A stretch of DNA of 15,161 bases from Lentisphaeria bacterium. GTDB lineage: Bacteria > Pseudomonadota > Gammaproteobacteria > Pseudomonadales > Cellvibrionaceae. Below, piece after piece: positions 1 through 7,825 of this stretch. The position numbers were made by a program, and so were the translations under genes. The stretch covers positions 1 through 15,161 of the forward strand of contig JBLHGN010000065.1 of the NCBI GenBank assembly GCA_047616325.1, given 5' to 3'. A model generated the notes under the pieces. It saw only the letters and a program-made list of their open reading frames with translations, did no database searches and had not been told where the DNA came from. Numbering within the stretch: position 1 is the stretch's first letter; every line of letters begins with the position of its first letter.

Positions 1-99
1 TCTTCTGGTGAGCTATCAGGTGTGACTATGTTGATCATGGGCTGCGCCTCTGGAGTGTGGGAATTGGGACGAATTATACAAGAACATAGATTATTTTAT
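1..99 (+). CDS. 3-prime end of an ORF entering from upstream of the window; product unknown
   Basis: Frame 1 is open from the window edge to TAG at 97-99 (...SSGELSGVTMLIMGCASGVWELGRIIQEHRLFY). No recognisable motif; it may simply be an open frame. Confidence 0.2.
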
Positions 100-411
100 T
101 AGTCACTGTTGCTTACCGAAAGCTCACATTAATAAGTCCTGATTTTCTTGTTGCTGCGACTAATGAAATAGTTACTTAGCGACTGTACCACGTTGCACGC
201 CCCTTACCATGTCGTTGAATTCGCCCTGCATTCACCAACTCCCGTAATCTAACTTTAAGCGTATTTTGGTTTGCTCCGGTTAATTCAACCGGCCTCTTTC
301 CAGAGCACATCATCTATATTTTTAAAAGTTTGTTCCAACATCTATCGTTTTCGTCCTATACACATAAGCGTTTTTCATATAATTGCCGCATTACTTTTTA
401 ATTAAAATTTT

Positions 412-1656
412 CTATTGCCAGAGTGTATTCATCGGTACCGCATAACAATTGTCTTGAGTCAGCGGCAAGGTGTTATTGCCACAATAGAGTAAGATGCCAC
501 CCTGAAAGCGCTTACCTGCCTGAGCGGCCAAACGGGCCAGACCTGCACTGTCTTTTGGGTTGATACTGGCTGCTTTTTTTACTTCTACTCCCCAAAGCTG
601 TTGGCCACGTTCTATCACCAGGTCAACTTCTACCTGGTCTTTATCGCGGTAATGGCTGAATTTAAAATCACTGCCTATCCAGCTGGCCTGACAAATAAGC
701 TGCTGAACGACAAAACTTTCTAATACAGGGCCAAAATTGCTTTTATGGTTATTCCAGTCGTCGGTTTTTAACCCGCTGAGTGTTGTCGCAAGGCCGGAAT
801 CAATAACGTGTACTTTGGGTGTCTTCACCAATCGTTTGGACTGGTTACGATGCCAGGCGGAAAGTCTGCGCACTAAAAACAGGCGCTCAAGTATGCTCAA
901 GTATTTTTCAGTGGTCTCCCGGGTCATTTTTAACTCATTAGCCATGCTACTGACATTGAGTAAAGTGCCTGTCCGGTAGGCCAGCATTTCCATCAAGGCG
1001 AGCATTTCATCTTCATCCCGAATGGCCGCAATATCTTTAACATCGCGCTGAATAATGGCATTCAGATATTGCCGATGCCATTGTCTGGCTCTGGCAGCCG
1101 AGCGAGTATTCGGTTCTGGGTAGCCACCCTGGCATACAGCTTCAGCGACACCCTCAATAACACTCTGCTCTCCAATGATTTGCGGCGCTATTTTTCCGCT
1201 AATCAAAGAGCTAAGCAGGGAGTTTTTATTGCGGTGCTTCTCTTGTTCCGTTAATGGAAACAGGTTTAATACTTCAACTCTCCCTGCCAGGGATTCTTGT
1301 ACCTTTGGTAATAGCAACAGATTCGCCGAACCTGTCAGCAGAAAGCGACCAGGTGTTCTGCGCTGATCAACAGCAGCCTTGATCGCTGGTAATAATTCAG
1401 GTGCTCGCTGCACCTCATCTAAAATCACTTGTTCTGGCAAGCCCTGAATAAACCCCGTAGGGTCTTGTTGCGCAGTGTTCAGTAGTGTGCTGTCGTCAAA
1501 GCTGATGTAGGAATAATCAGGGCAGTATTCCCTGGCTAACGTGGTTTTACCCACCTGGCGAGGCCCGAGTAAGCAGACGACTGGAGTATCGCTTAGTGCT
1601 TCCAGCAGCAGTGGGGCGATAACTCTTGGTAGTAATGATTTAGCCATAGCGTCCAT
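412..1656 (-). CDS. AAA+ superfamily ATPase of the COG1373 type: N-terminal P-loop ATPase plus C-terminal DUF4143/PD-(D/E)xK-like domain
   Basis: A 414-aa ORF with Walker A GPRQVGKTT near the N-terminus and a Walker B-like hhhhDE (VILDEVQ). The C-terminal block VEVDLVIERGQQLWGVEVKK resembles the restriction-endonuclease-like E-x-D...E-x-K core typical of DUF4143 ATPases. Confidence 0.8.
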   Translation of the reverse strand: MDAMAKSLLPRVIAPLLLEALSDTPVVCLLGPRQVGKTTLAREYCPDYSYISFDDSTLLNTAQQDPTGFIQGLPEQVILDEVQRAPELLPAIKAAVDQRRTPGRFLLTGSANLLLLPKVQESLAGRVEVLNLFPLTEQEKHRNKNSLLSSLISGKIAPQIIGEQSVIEGVAEAVCQGGYPEPNTRSAARARQWHRQYLNAIIQRDVKDIAAIRDEDEMLALMEMLAYRTGTLLNVSSMANELKMTRETTEKYLSILERLFLVRRLSAWHRNQSKRLVKTPKVHVIDSGLATTLSGLKTDDWNNHKSNFGPVLESFVVQQLICQASWIGSDFKFSHYRDKDQVEVDLVIERGQQLWGVEVKKAASINPKDSAGLARLAAQAGKRFQGGILLYCGNNTLPLTQDNCYAVPMNTLWQ

Positions 1657-1671
1657 ATGCTGGTTATGTTG

Positions 1672-1686
1672 TCGTCTAATTGACTG
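1672..1686. repeat. Direct repeat copy 1 (CGTCTAATTGACTGC) in the 5-prime region of the ATPase gene
   Basis: Exact 15-mer repeated at 1926-1940. A partial copy CCGTCTAATTG lies at 1696-1706, and a degenerate ATCGTCAAATTGC at 1947-1959. Confidence 0.6.
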
Positions 1687-1748
1687 CTATACTACCGTCT
1701 AATTGCATAGCTTAAAAGGGCGCTAAGTAAAATGCTTATATTTCAACG

Positions 1749-1765
1749 TGTCGATCACATCGACA
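1749..1765. repeat. 17-bp palindrome TGTCGAT-CAC-ATCGACA, with two further TCGAT-containing sites nearby (1778-1787, 1799-1808)
   Basis: Perfect 7-bp inverted arms around a 3-bp spacer, read directly from the sequence. It sits between the two CGTCTAATTGACTGC copies. Confidence 0.6.
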
Positions 1766-1925
1766 TATCAGGCTGTTATGTCGATATAATTGAAAAACAT
1801 CGATATGTTAGGATTTGTTGGTACTGAAAGAAAAGGGGCTGACAAGATTATGTATACATATTTTGATTTTCTAACCCTACTTTTGCGTTATGTATAGAAA
1901 ATATAGTTTTAATGTGCCTGTTATC

Positions 1926-1940
1926 CGTCTAATTGACTGC
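1926..1940. repeat. Direct repeat copy 2 (CGTCTAATTGACTGC)
   Basis: Identical 15-mer to 1672-1686. The preceding TTATCCGTC is weakly DnaA-box-like (TTATCCACA with 2 mismatches). Confidence 0.6.
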
Positions 1941-2212
1941 CACTCTATCGTCAAATTGCTTGTTTCAAATATCGTATCATTGAGAAGCTGGGAGCTAACT
2001 TCTCAAAAATGACAATTTTTGATCAAGACAACAACAGTGCTCTCCTATTTTATGAAATTTTAGTGGTGAATTATTGAGCTGTTGAGAGGCGCAGAGGAAT
2101 AGGATTCGCATGGCTAAATGGTTAGATTTTATGTAACACTTAAAGTAACATCGTTATTTTTTATTATTAAATAAATCAAGTAAAAACATACAGTTATAGA
2201 TTTAAATCAAGT

Positions 2213-2228
2213 CCTCTCCTGGGTACCA
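2213..2228. repeat. 16-bp direct repeat CCTCTCCTGGGTACCA (copy 1)
   Basis: Repeated with 1 mismatch at 2385-2400 (CCTCTCCTGGGCACCA). The two copies flank a 156-bp non-coding segment. Confidence 0.6.
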
Positions 2229-2384
2229 AATATAAATCAGCAGTAATTCGGCTTTACCCCCCTCAAAAAAAATAACCGTTCCCCGAACCGAAAAGAGGCT
2301 CACAAACGCAACGCGATTGAAACGTTCGGCAATGCAGCGAAGCCCCAACGGGGTCAAAGCAGCTTCAAGGCTATTTTGATTAAC

Positions 2385-2400
2385 CCTCTCCTGGGCACCA
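2385..2400. repeat. 16-bp direct repeat CCTCTCCTGGGCACCA (copy 2)
   Basis: See copy 1 at 2213-2228. Confidence 0.6.
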
Positions 2401-2504
2401 TTATACTAGGACAGGAGAAATCGGTAGAGTCAAAGCGAAAAACCTCAATAACATATCTGAAGCAGAATTTTCTTATCAATACATAGAAAAGGATTTGTAC
2501 GCTT

Positions 2505-2984
2505 TCATTGAGGGAGAGCGGTATTATTAGAATTCTTGTAGGCCATATTTATAGCTGCTGCAATATGCTGTAATGTCCAAATACTATTGGGGTGCAGCAT
2601 ATTTGAACCATGAGCAAGTGTATTTCGTAAATCAGGAGCAGCTTTGACGAACTTACCCACTAAGTCTAATGAATCTAGTGCTGCTTTAATTTCCTCTTCA
2701 GGCGATTCTTCAATAGGGATGCTATCACCCTCCTTTTTCAAGACACCAGATTGAATCACATCATACATTTCATTTTGTCTTGCTTTTCGGTATGCAATCT
2801 CCTCACGATATGAAAAATCTTCATTTTTTAGCCAGCCGCTCGTTCGTGCATATTTCAGCAAAGCACGTAACATAGGAGGATCTTTATCTGGATTTTCGTT
2901 AATATAGAGCTGTTTTAGCGCCATCTCTAAACTTGCATAAGCTACCATCTCAGAGACTTGATGAAAGCGATACACAAAGGGCAT
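2505..2984 (-). CDS. Small orphan protein with a C-terminal HEPN-like R-x4-H motif (LRNTLAHG); putative HEPN-family RNase/abortive-infection-like domain protein
   Basis: A 159-aa ORF. The R-N-T-L-A-H spacing fits the Rx4-6H HEPN signature near the C-terminus of a mostly helical-looking protein. No MNT partner or antitoxin is visible. Its first ~12 codons overlap the start of the ISL3 fragment, and an alternative start at M13 (2948) is possible. Confidence 0.45.
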   Translation of the reverse strand: MPFVYRFHQVSEMVAYASLEMALKQLYINENPDKDPPMLRALLKYARTSGWLKNEDFSYREEIAYRKARQNEMYDVIQSGVLKKEGDSIPIEESPEEEIKAALDSLDLVGKFVKAAPDLRNTLAHGSNMLHPNSIWTLQHIAAAINMAYKNSNNTALPQ

Positions 2985-3731
2985 AAATACCTAACGCTGG
3001 CCTACCAGGTCGATCGCGACAATACGCGCTTACTGTGGATTGTAGAAGAGCGAACTGAAAAAACGATTCGCGCCTTCTTTGAGTTTCTTGGTCCAGAAAG
3101 AAGTCAACTATTAAAACATGTGTACTCTGACATGTGGCAACCCTATGTCAAGGTAATCTCAGAAATGGCCACCCAGGCGCTACATATATTGGATCGATTT
3201 AATGTTGTAGCTATGCGGCATAAGGCCATCGATGAAATTCGTGCGGGTGAACACAAGCAGTTAGTCGCCGACGGCTATGAGCCTGTTTTAAGGAAGTCTC
3301 GATGGTGCCTACTTAAGCGAAAACAGAATTTAACGTAGAATCAAGATATGAAATTGAAAACCTTGCTTGAATATAATTTGAAGAGCGTTAGGGCCTACCT
3401 GCTAAAAGAAGAATTCCATGCTTTCTGGGAATATGTATCTCCTTATTGGGCCGAACAATACCTTGACCGATGGTGTACTAGAGTAATGCGTGCTCGGCTC
3501 GAACCCATGAAAAAAGTCATCAAGACAATTCGCCGGCACAAGCCTCTTATATTGAATTGGTTTAGAGCAAAATAAGCATACTCAAGCGGCATTGTGGAGG
3601 GGCTAAATACCAAGGTAAAACTCACTACGAGAAAATCGTATGGTTTCAAAACCTATAAATGCGCTGAAATAGCCTTGTATCACTCGCTTGGGCGGTTACC
3701 CACTCCAGAAATGACCCACAGATTTTACTAA
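2961..3731 (+). pseudogene. ISL3-family DDE transposase, N-terminally truncated (about 170 aa missing) with two in-frame nonsense codons (TAG 3339-3341, TAA 3573-3575)
   Basis: Three collinear same-frame segments KGHKYLTLAYQVDRD...DMWQPYVKVI...HILDRFNVVAMRHKAIDEIR / ...AFWEYVSPYWAEQYLDRWCTRVMRARLEPMKKVIKTIRRHKPLILNWFRAK / AYSSGIVEGLNTKVKLTTRKSYGFKTYKCAEIALYHSLG. These match my memory of the ISL3 transposase core and C-terminus (KGHRY..., DMW..., ...ILNYFR..., SNGxIEGxNNKIKxIKRxAYGFRNF). Homology begins only at the KGH motif, so the first catalytic D and the N-terminal DNA-binding region are absent. Confidence 0.8.
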
Positions 3732-3754
3732 CGAGGCAAATAATAAGGGTTTTT

Positions 3755-4391
3755 CAGGATTATGCCGAACTTCTGATGGATCAAATAGAGCGTCATGTTT
3801 TAGACGATGAAACTATTCCCGCCAAGGAAAAAATTTACACAATTTTTCAACCGCACACTGAATGGATTAGCAAGGGTAAAGCGGGGCTTTAGTTGAACTT
3901 GGTGTTAAAGTCTGCATTATGGAAGATCAATATCAGTTTATTTTACATCACGAAGTCATGGAAAAAACTCAAGATGTTGATGTAGCCGTGTCGATGGTGA
4001 CACAAACGCAAGTGCATTTCCCATCGCTCAACTCCTGTAGTTTTGATAGAGGTTTTCATAGCCCCTCCAACCAGGTGGAATTAAGCACACACTTGGGTAC
4101 AGCTTGTACTTCCTAAAAAAGGGAAAATGTCTGCGGAAGAAAAATTAAAAGTACACGCACCAGAATACAAAAAAGTACGGCGTCAGCATTCGGCGATGGA
4201 ATCGGCTGTAAATGCACTGGAGCAACACGGTCTTGACCGTTGCTGATCATGGGATTGACGGTTTTAAGCGTTATGTTGCATTAGGTGTTTTAGCCCGCAA
4301 CCTACAGCGCATTGGCCTCATACTCACGGAAAAAGAGCGCGCTGAAATATTACGAAAGCAGCGACGCCAACCATACTGCCAAGCCGCTTAG
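3755..4391 (+). pseudogene. C-terminal half of an IS1182/IS5-superfamily (IS4-like DDE) transposase, disrupted by at least three frameshifts/stops
   Basis: Pieces in three frames are collinear with DDE transposases of this superfamily: DYAELLMDQIERHVLDDETIPAKEKIYTIFQPHTEWISKGKAG / VELGVKVCIMEDQYQFILHHEVMEKTQDVDVAVSMV...SFDRGFHSPSNQ (D-x-G-[FY] second catalytic Asp) / YKKVRRQHSAMESAVNALEQHGLDRC / DHGIDGFKRYVALGVLARNLQRIGLIL. The last two carry the Y-x2-R-x3-E and ...L..LA.NL.R tail motif. It begins about 25 bp after the ISL3 transposase stop. Confidence 0.6.
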
Positions 4392-4469
4392 CGGCACTTA
4401 AATTGGTTCTTGCATTACGATCGCAGCGGAAGAAGCAGGGCTTCAGGAGGGAGCCTTGAGCCAAAAATG

Positions 4470-4494
4470 TTATTGATCGTATAATGATCAATAA
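4470..4494. repeat. 25-bp perfect palindrome TTATTGATC-GTATAAT-GATCAATAA, with two GATC sites and a TATAAT core
   Basis: The 9-bp arms are exact reverse complements around a 7-bp centre. It lies about 80 bp past the end of the IS1182-like fragment. Confidence 0.6.
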
Positions 4495-5143
4495 ATTGTT
4501 TTCAAGATTAGAGTTCCTGAAGCAAAAAGCACAGATAGGTCCACCTGGCCCAGCGTGTTGTGGTCATATTTTGACCGCCACGCCATTACTGAAGAAAACA
4601 GGGGTTTTCGTGCGGGCACTAAGTAGCTTTTTCCTCGCTTGAAACCATTCAGCATTACATTCACCCGCTCATTGTCACTTAGAAAAATCCTTTATGCGAA
4701 AGCATTTTCAGGGCGAGCCGTATTCCATTATCGTGTGCTATCAAACCGGCCCCTTGCTTAAAGACACTGGCATTATGCGGAAAGTTGCAGCGCTTAATAA
4801 TATGCGTGTGTGTTTTGTCGGCAATATTGAAGTGCTTTTGGCTTTTGGCTGAGGGGTTTAGCGGAGTAAAAATTGCTGGGTGATGTCTGCAGAGTGATGT
4901 GTCGTTCGGCGCACGTTTTTTGTGCTGTATATTTAATGTGCTAAGTGTTTATCGTGCAAAAATAGTTTTTGTTGTTCATTTTAAAAACATCTAATCAATT
5001 TGATGCAGATTTGATTGCTTTTTAGTAACAGTATTTTCGTTTCGCCCATTTTTGTGCCGACCTGGTTTCAAAACAGTGCGTTTATTTTCTTTTCATGATG
5101 AAATTCGCGTCAATACGTTAACTCTGCGTCACATTTAGATGTA

Positions 5144-5159
5144 TGGCACGTTAACTGCT
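5144..5159 (+). promoter_or_regulatory. Putative sigma-54 (RpoN) promoter TGGCACG-TTAA-CTGCT (-24 GG / -12 GC, correct 11-nt G-to-G spacing)
   Basis: The consensus is TGGCACG-N4-TTGCW. Here the TGGCACG matches exactly, the TGC of the -12 element is at the correct distance, and there is a single mismatch (C for T at the first T of TTGC). It lies about 200 bp upstream of the sensor kinase start. The 9-mer ACGTTAACT occurs twice (5115-5123, 5148-5156), once overlapping the promoter and once about 30 bp upstream. Confidence 0.45.
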
Positions 5160-5357
5160 AAGTTTGCTGAGTATGCTCGTTTTCTGAAAAATATATTTTT
5201 TGCTAATGTTCAACCTTAGTATGTTTTGCCATTTATCACTCTTACAAAACATTTTTGCGGCGAACCTTTTGGAGTTTTGGCGAACGTGAAGGCTGACATT
5301 TAAGGGTGGACTTAGTCTAAAAACAAACATTTCGTAGTTAAATATTTGGGGGTTATA

Positions 5358-7445
5358 ATGTTCGCATCTTACCTTGGTAAGTATAAAAGTATCATCGTTT
5401 CTGTAGCGCTTTTTATTATTCTTGATGCCTCCGTACTAATACTTAACTTCTATATTTCGTTTGATATTTCGGAAGATGCGGCAGGGGTTAATTTGGCGGG
5501 CCGCCAGCGCATGCTTTCCCAGCGTATGGTGAAAAGCTTATTGGATATTGATTACTCCAGTGGGAATGTAGAAGTACAAAAAGCAAGCGTCGATGAATTA
5601 GCGTTCACAGTTTCGTTGTTCGATCGCACCCTTACAGCCTTTGATAGCGGCGGAGAGGCAGATGCCGCTGACGGCGGCAAGGTTATTCTCGGGCGAGTGA
5701 ATTCCGAGTCAGGACGCAAAGCCATTGAAAAAGCAAAAATATTGTGGGCTCCCTATAAATCACTGCTAGACCCCGTAATATTGCCTGAATCGCTTGAAAG
5801 AGAGCGTGCATTAGCTACGGCAATTTTCTATGCAAAACAAAACAATCTCACTTTGCTAAAACTGATGAATAATTTAACTGTCGACCTGGAAAATGTGGCC
5901 AAATCAAAAGCTACTCGGCTGAGAGTTATTCAGACAATAGGTATAAGTTTAGCAATTATTAACTTCTTTATCATTATTTTTCACTTTATTGGCGAGTTGA
6001 GAAATGGTGACAGAAAACTCGAAATTGCCGAGGGCGAAACCAAAAAAATACTTAATACGGTCAACGATGGGCTTTTTCTTGTCGATCGCAATTATACCAT
6101 TGCCTCGCAGTACTCCAAAAATGTACCGACGATGTTTGGCGAGTCGGATATCGCTGGTAAAACGCTCGATGCAGTTCTGGCCGAATTGGTGAGTAAGAAG
6201 GACATGGAGACTTCCAAGCGCTTTATAGGATTACTTTTTCGTGAAGATATAAAAAGTAATCTTATTGGTGATCTGAATCCTCTGCGAGAAATTGAAGTGA
6301 ATATTGCCGACGAGAATGGCGGTTATGTTAGCAAGCATCTAAGCTTTAAATTTTCTCGTGCCTATGAGAGCGGCGGCGTAAAAAATGTTTTGGTTACTGT
6401 AAATGATGTGACTGAAAAGGTGAGGCTAGAGCGCGAAATTACTATGGTAAAAGCGCAAACGGAACAGCATTTGGAGGTGTTAACCGGAATTTTACACACT
6501 AATCCAAATGTATTAAAACGTTTTGTAAGCGGTTGCTTTACCGGCCTTCATAGAATCAATCTGTTTTTGCGTGAGCCTGCAAAAACCGAAGTGGTTTTGA
6601 GAAAAAAATTGGATAGCATTTTTGTCGAAATTCACAGCATAAAAGGTGAGGCGGGCGCACTCGGTTTGAACGGCTTTCAGGAGCTTGCTCACAAATTTGA
6701 ATCGGACTTGGTCGAAATTAAAAAACGTGAGAAAATTGCCGGTGATGACTTTTTCCCCTTGGTTGTGCAATTAGATAAGCTGATACGGCATGCGGAAACC
6801 GTCGAAAACCTGTCTGATAAGCTCGTCGCCTTTGGCAAAAGCGACGCAGGGCTTGGCGCTCGAAGCAGTGCCAATGAATGGGAGCACCTGCACAACTTGG
6901 TGAAAACAGTTGCCACACGATGCGGGAAAAAGGTGGAGCTAGTGATGAGTGGGCTTACAGAGATCTCTCTTTCCAGTGGCCAGCGAAAACTAGTCAATGA
7001 TGTTAGTGTGCAATGCATTCGCAACGCGGTATTTCACGGCATTGAGCTTCCGAATGAGCGCATAGAAAATTACAAGAACGAGATCGGAAGAATCGATCTT
7101 CGATTAACGCAGTCTTCCTCTGGTGTGGTAGAGCTTAGTATTAAAGACGACGGCCGAGGCTTCGACTATCGAGCAATTCGAGAACAAGCGATTAAGGTGG
7201 GCTTCTGGGGCGAGCAAGAAATGGAAGCATGGGATAGTAAGAAATTAGCTTCACTTATTTTTGAGCCAGGCTTCTCTACAGCCCAAGAAGAGCAGATGGA
7301 CGCGGGCAGAGGCGTGGGAATGAATATTGTCAAAGAGCGTATTAAGCACTATCGCGGCAATATTCGCATATCCAGCCGTCCCTCCTTGGGAACACACTTT
7401 CTTATCTCTTTACCTCCTTTATTGGGTGAAGCCGCAGCGGCATAG
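5358..7445 (+). CDS. Membrane-bound CheA-like histidine kinase: TM - periplasmic PilJ/NarX-type sensor (NLAGRQRMLSQRM) - TM - PAS-like - HPt (HSIKGEAGALG) - CheA-type P3/P4 ATPase (IRNAVFHGIE, DDGRGFD, GRGVGMNIV); no CheW-like P5 domain
   Basis: The 699-aa ORF in the track starts at TTG 5346; I prefer ATG 5358, preceded by GGGGG. There are two hydrophobic segments (residues ~10-35 and ~190-215). The HPt and HATPase_c N, G1 and G2 boxes are characteristic of CheA. The protein ends about 40 aa after the G2 box. Confidence 0.8.
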   Translation: MFASYLGKYKSIIVSVALFIILDASVLILNFYISFDISEDAAGVNLAGRQRMLSQRMVKSLLDIDYSSGNVEVQKASVDELAFTVSLFDRTLTAFDSGGEADAADGGKVILGRVNSESGRKAIEKAKILWAPYKSLLDPVILPESLERERALATAIFYAKQNNLTLLKLMNNLTVDLENVAKSKATRLRVIQTIGISLAIINFFIIIFHFIGELRNGDRKLEIAEGETKKILNTVNDGLFLVDRNYTIASQYSKNVPTMFGESDIAGKTLDAVLAELVSKKDMETSKRFIGLLFREDIKSNLIGDLNPLREIEVNIADENGGYVSKHLSFKFSRAYESGGVKNVLVTVNDVTEKVRLEREITMVKAQTEQHLEVLTGILHTNPNVLKRFVSGCFTGLHRINLFLREPAKTEVVLRKKLDSIFVEIHSIKGEAGALGLNGFQELAHKFESDLVEIKKREKIAGDDFFPLVVQLDKLIRHAETVENLSDKLVAFGKSDAGLGARSSANEWEHLHNLVKTVATRCGKKVELVMSGLTEISLSSGQRKLVNDVSVQCIRNAVFHGIELPNERIENYKNEIGRIDLRLTQSSSGVVELSIKDDGRGFDYRAIREQAIKVGFWGEQEMEAWDSKKLASLIFEPGFSTAQEEQMDAGRGVGMNIVKERIKHYRGNIRISSRPSLGTHFLISLPPLLGEAAAA

Positions 7446-7453
7446 GCGATGTA

Positions 7454-7825
7454 ATGTTAAAGCTACTGGTAGTAGACGACTCCAATATTATTCGCCGGAA
7501 AATTCAGCGCGCGTGCATAAACGAAACGTTTGAAGTGGTGGGGCTGGCGGGTAACGGCATAGAAGCACTGCGACAGTTTGGTGACTTAGGCCCCGAGGTT
7601 GTGACAATGGATATCACCATGCCGCATATGGATGGCATTGAATGCGTGGAGGAAATGATAGGCAGAAATCCAAATGTGCGCATTTTAGTGGTGTCGGCTC
7701 TGGCCGACAAAGCCACTGGAATAGAGGCACTAGAAAAGGGCGCACGTGGCTTTTTATGCAAGCCTTTTAGTGACAAACAACTTAGCGATGCACTTTACGA
7801 ATTATCTGAGGACATACATGTCTGA
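7454..7825 (+). CDS. CheY-like single-domain response regulator (receiver domain only)
   Basis: A 123-aa ORF with the acidic pocket LLVVDDS, the phospho-acceptor region VVTMDITMPHMDG, the ILVVSA...KATG T/S position, and K in GARGFLCKPF. It starts 9 bp after the kinase stop. Confidence 0.9.
   Translation: MLKLLVVDDSNIIRRKIQRACINETFEVVGLAGNGIEALRQFGDLGPEVVTMDITMPHMDGIECVEEMIGRNPNVRILVVSALADKATGIEALEKGARGFLCKPFSDKQLSDALYELSEDIHV

Noticed and set aside
276-300. Hairpin CCGGTT-AATTC-AACCGG as a terminator
   Set aside because: It has only a 6-bp stem and is followed by CCTCTTTCC rather than a U-tract, on either strand. Evidence is too weak to call.
737-1366. Plus-strand ORFs 737..979, 1069..1254 and 1175..1366
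   Set aside because: They lie entirely inside the well-supported minus-strand ATPase gene. Their translations are low-complexity, so they are antisense artefacts.
2213-2228. Possible tRNA 3-prime end (…CCTGGGTACCA) marking a tRNA-targeted integration site
   Set aside because: No complementary 5-prime acceptor strand (GCCCAGG) and no T-arm (GTTCRANYC) within 80 nt upstream of either copy. It is treated as a plain direct repeat.
3443-3649. Minus-strand 68-aa ORF
   Set aside because: It is antisense to the ISL3 transposase fragment and has no features of a real gene.
4758-4782. Sigma-54-like TGGCAT...TTGCA
   Set aside because: The GG-to-GC spacing is about 17 nt instead of 11, so it is not a plausible RpoN promoter.
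6004-7024. ORFs 6004..6192(+), 6513..6770(-), 6689..7024(-) and 6718..6918(-)
   Set aside because: They are internal or antisense to the CheA-like kinase gene, whose frame has strong domain evidence.
7327-7776. ORFs 7327..7533(+) and 7504..7776(-)
   Set aside because: They overlap the kinase 3-prime end or the CheY gene in other frames, with no supporting signals.
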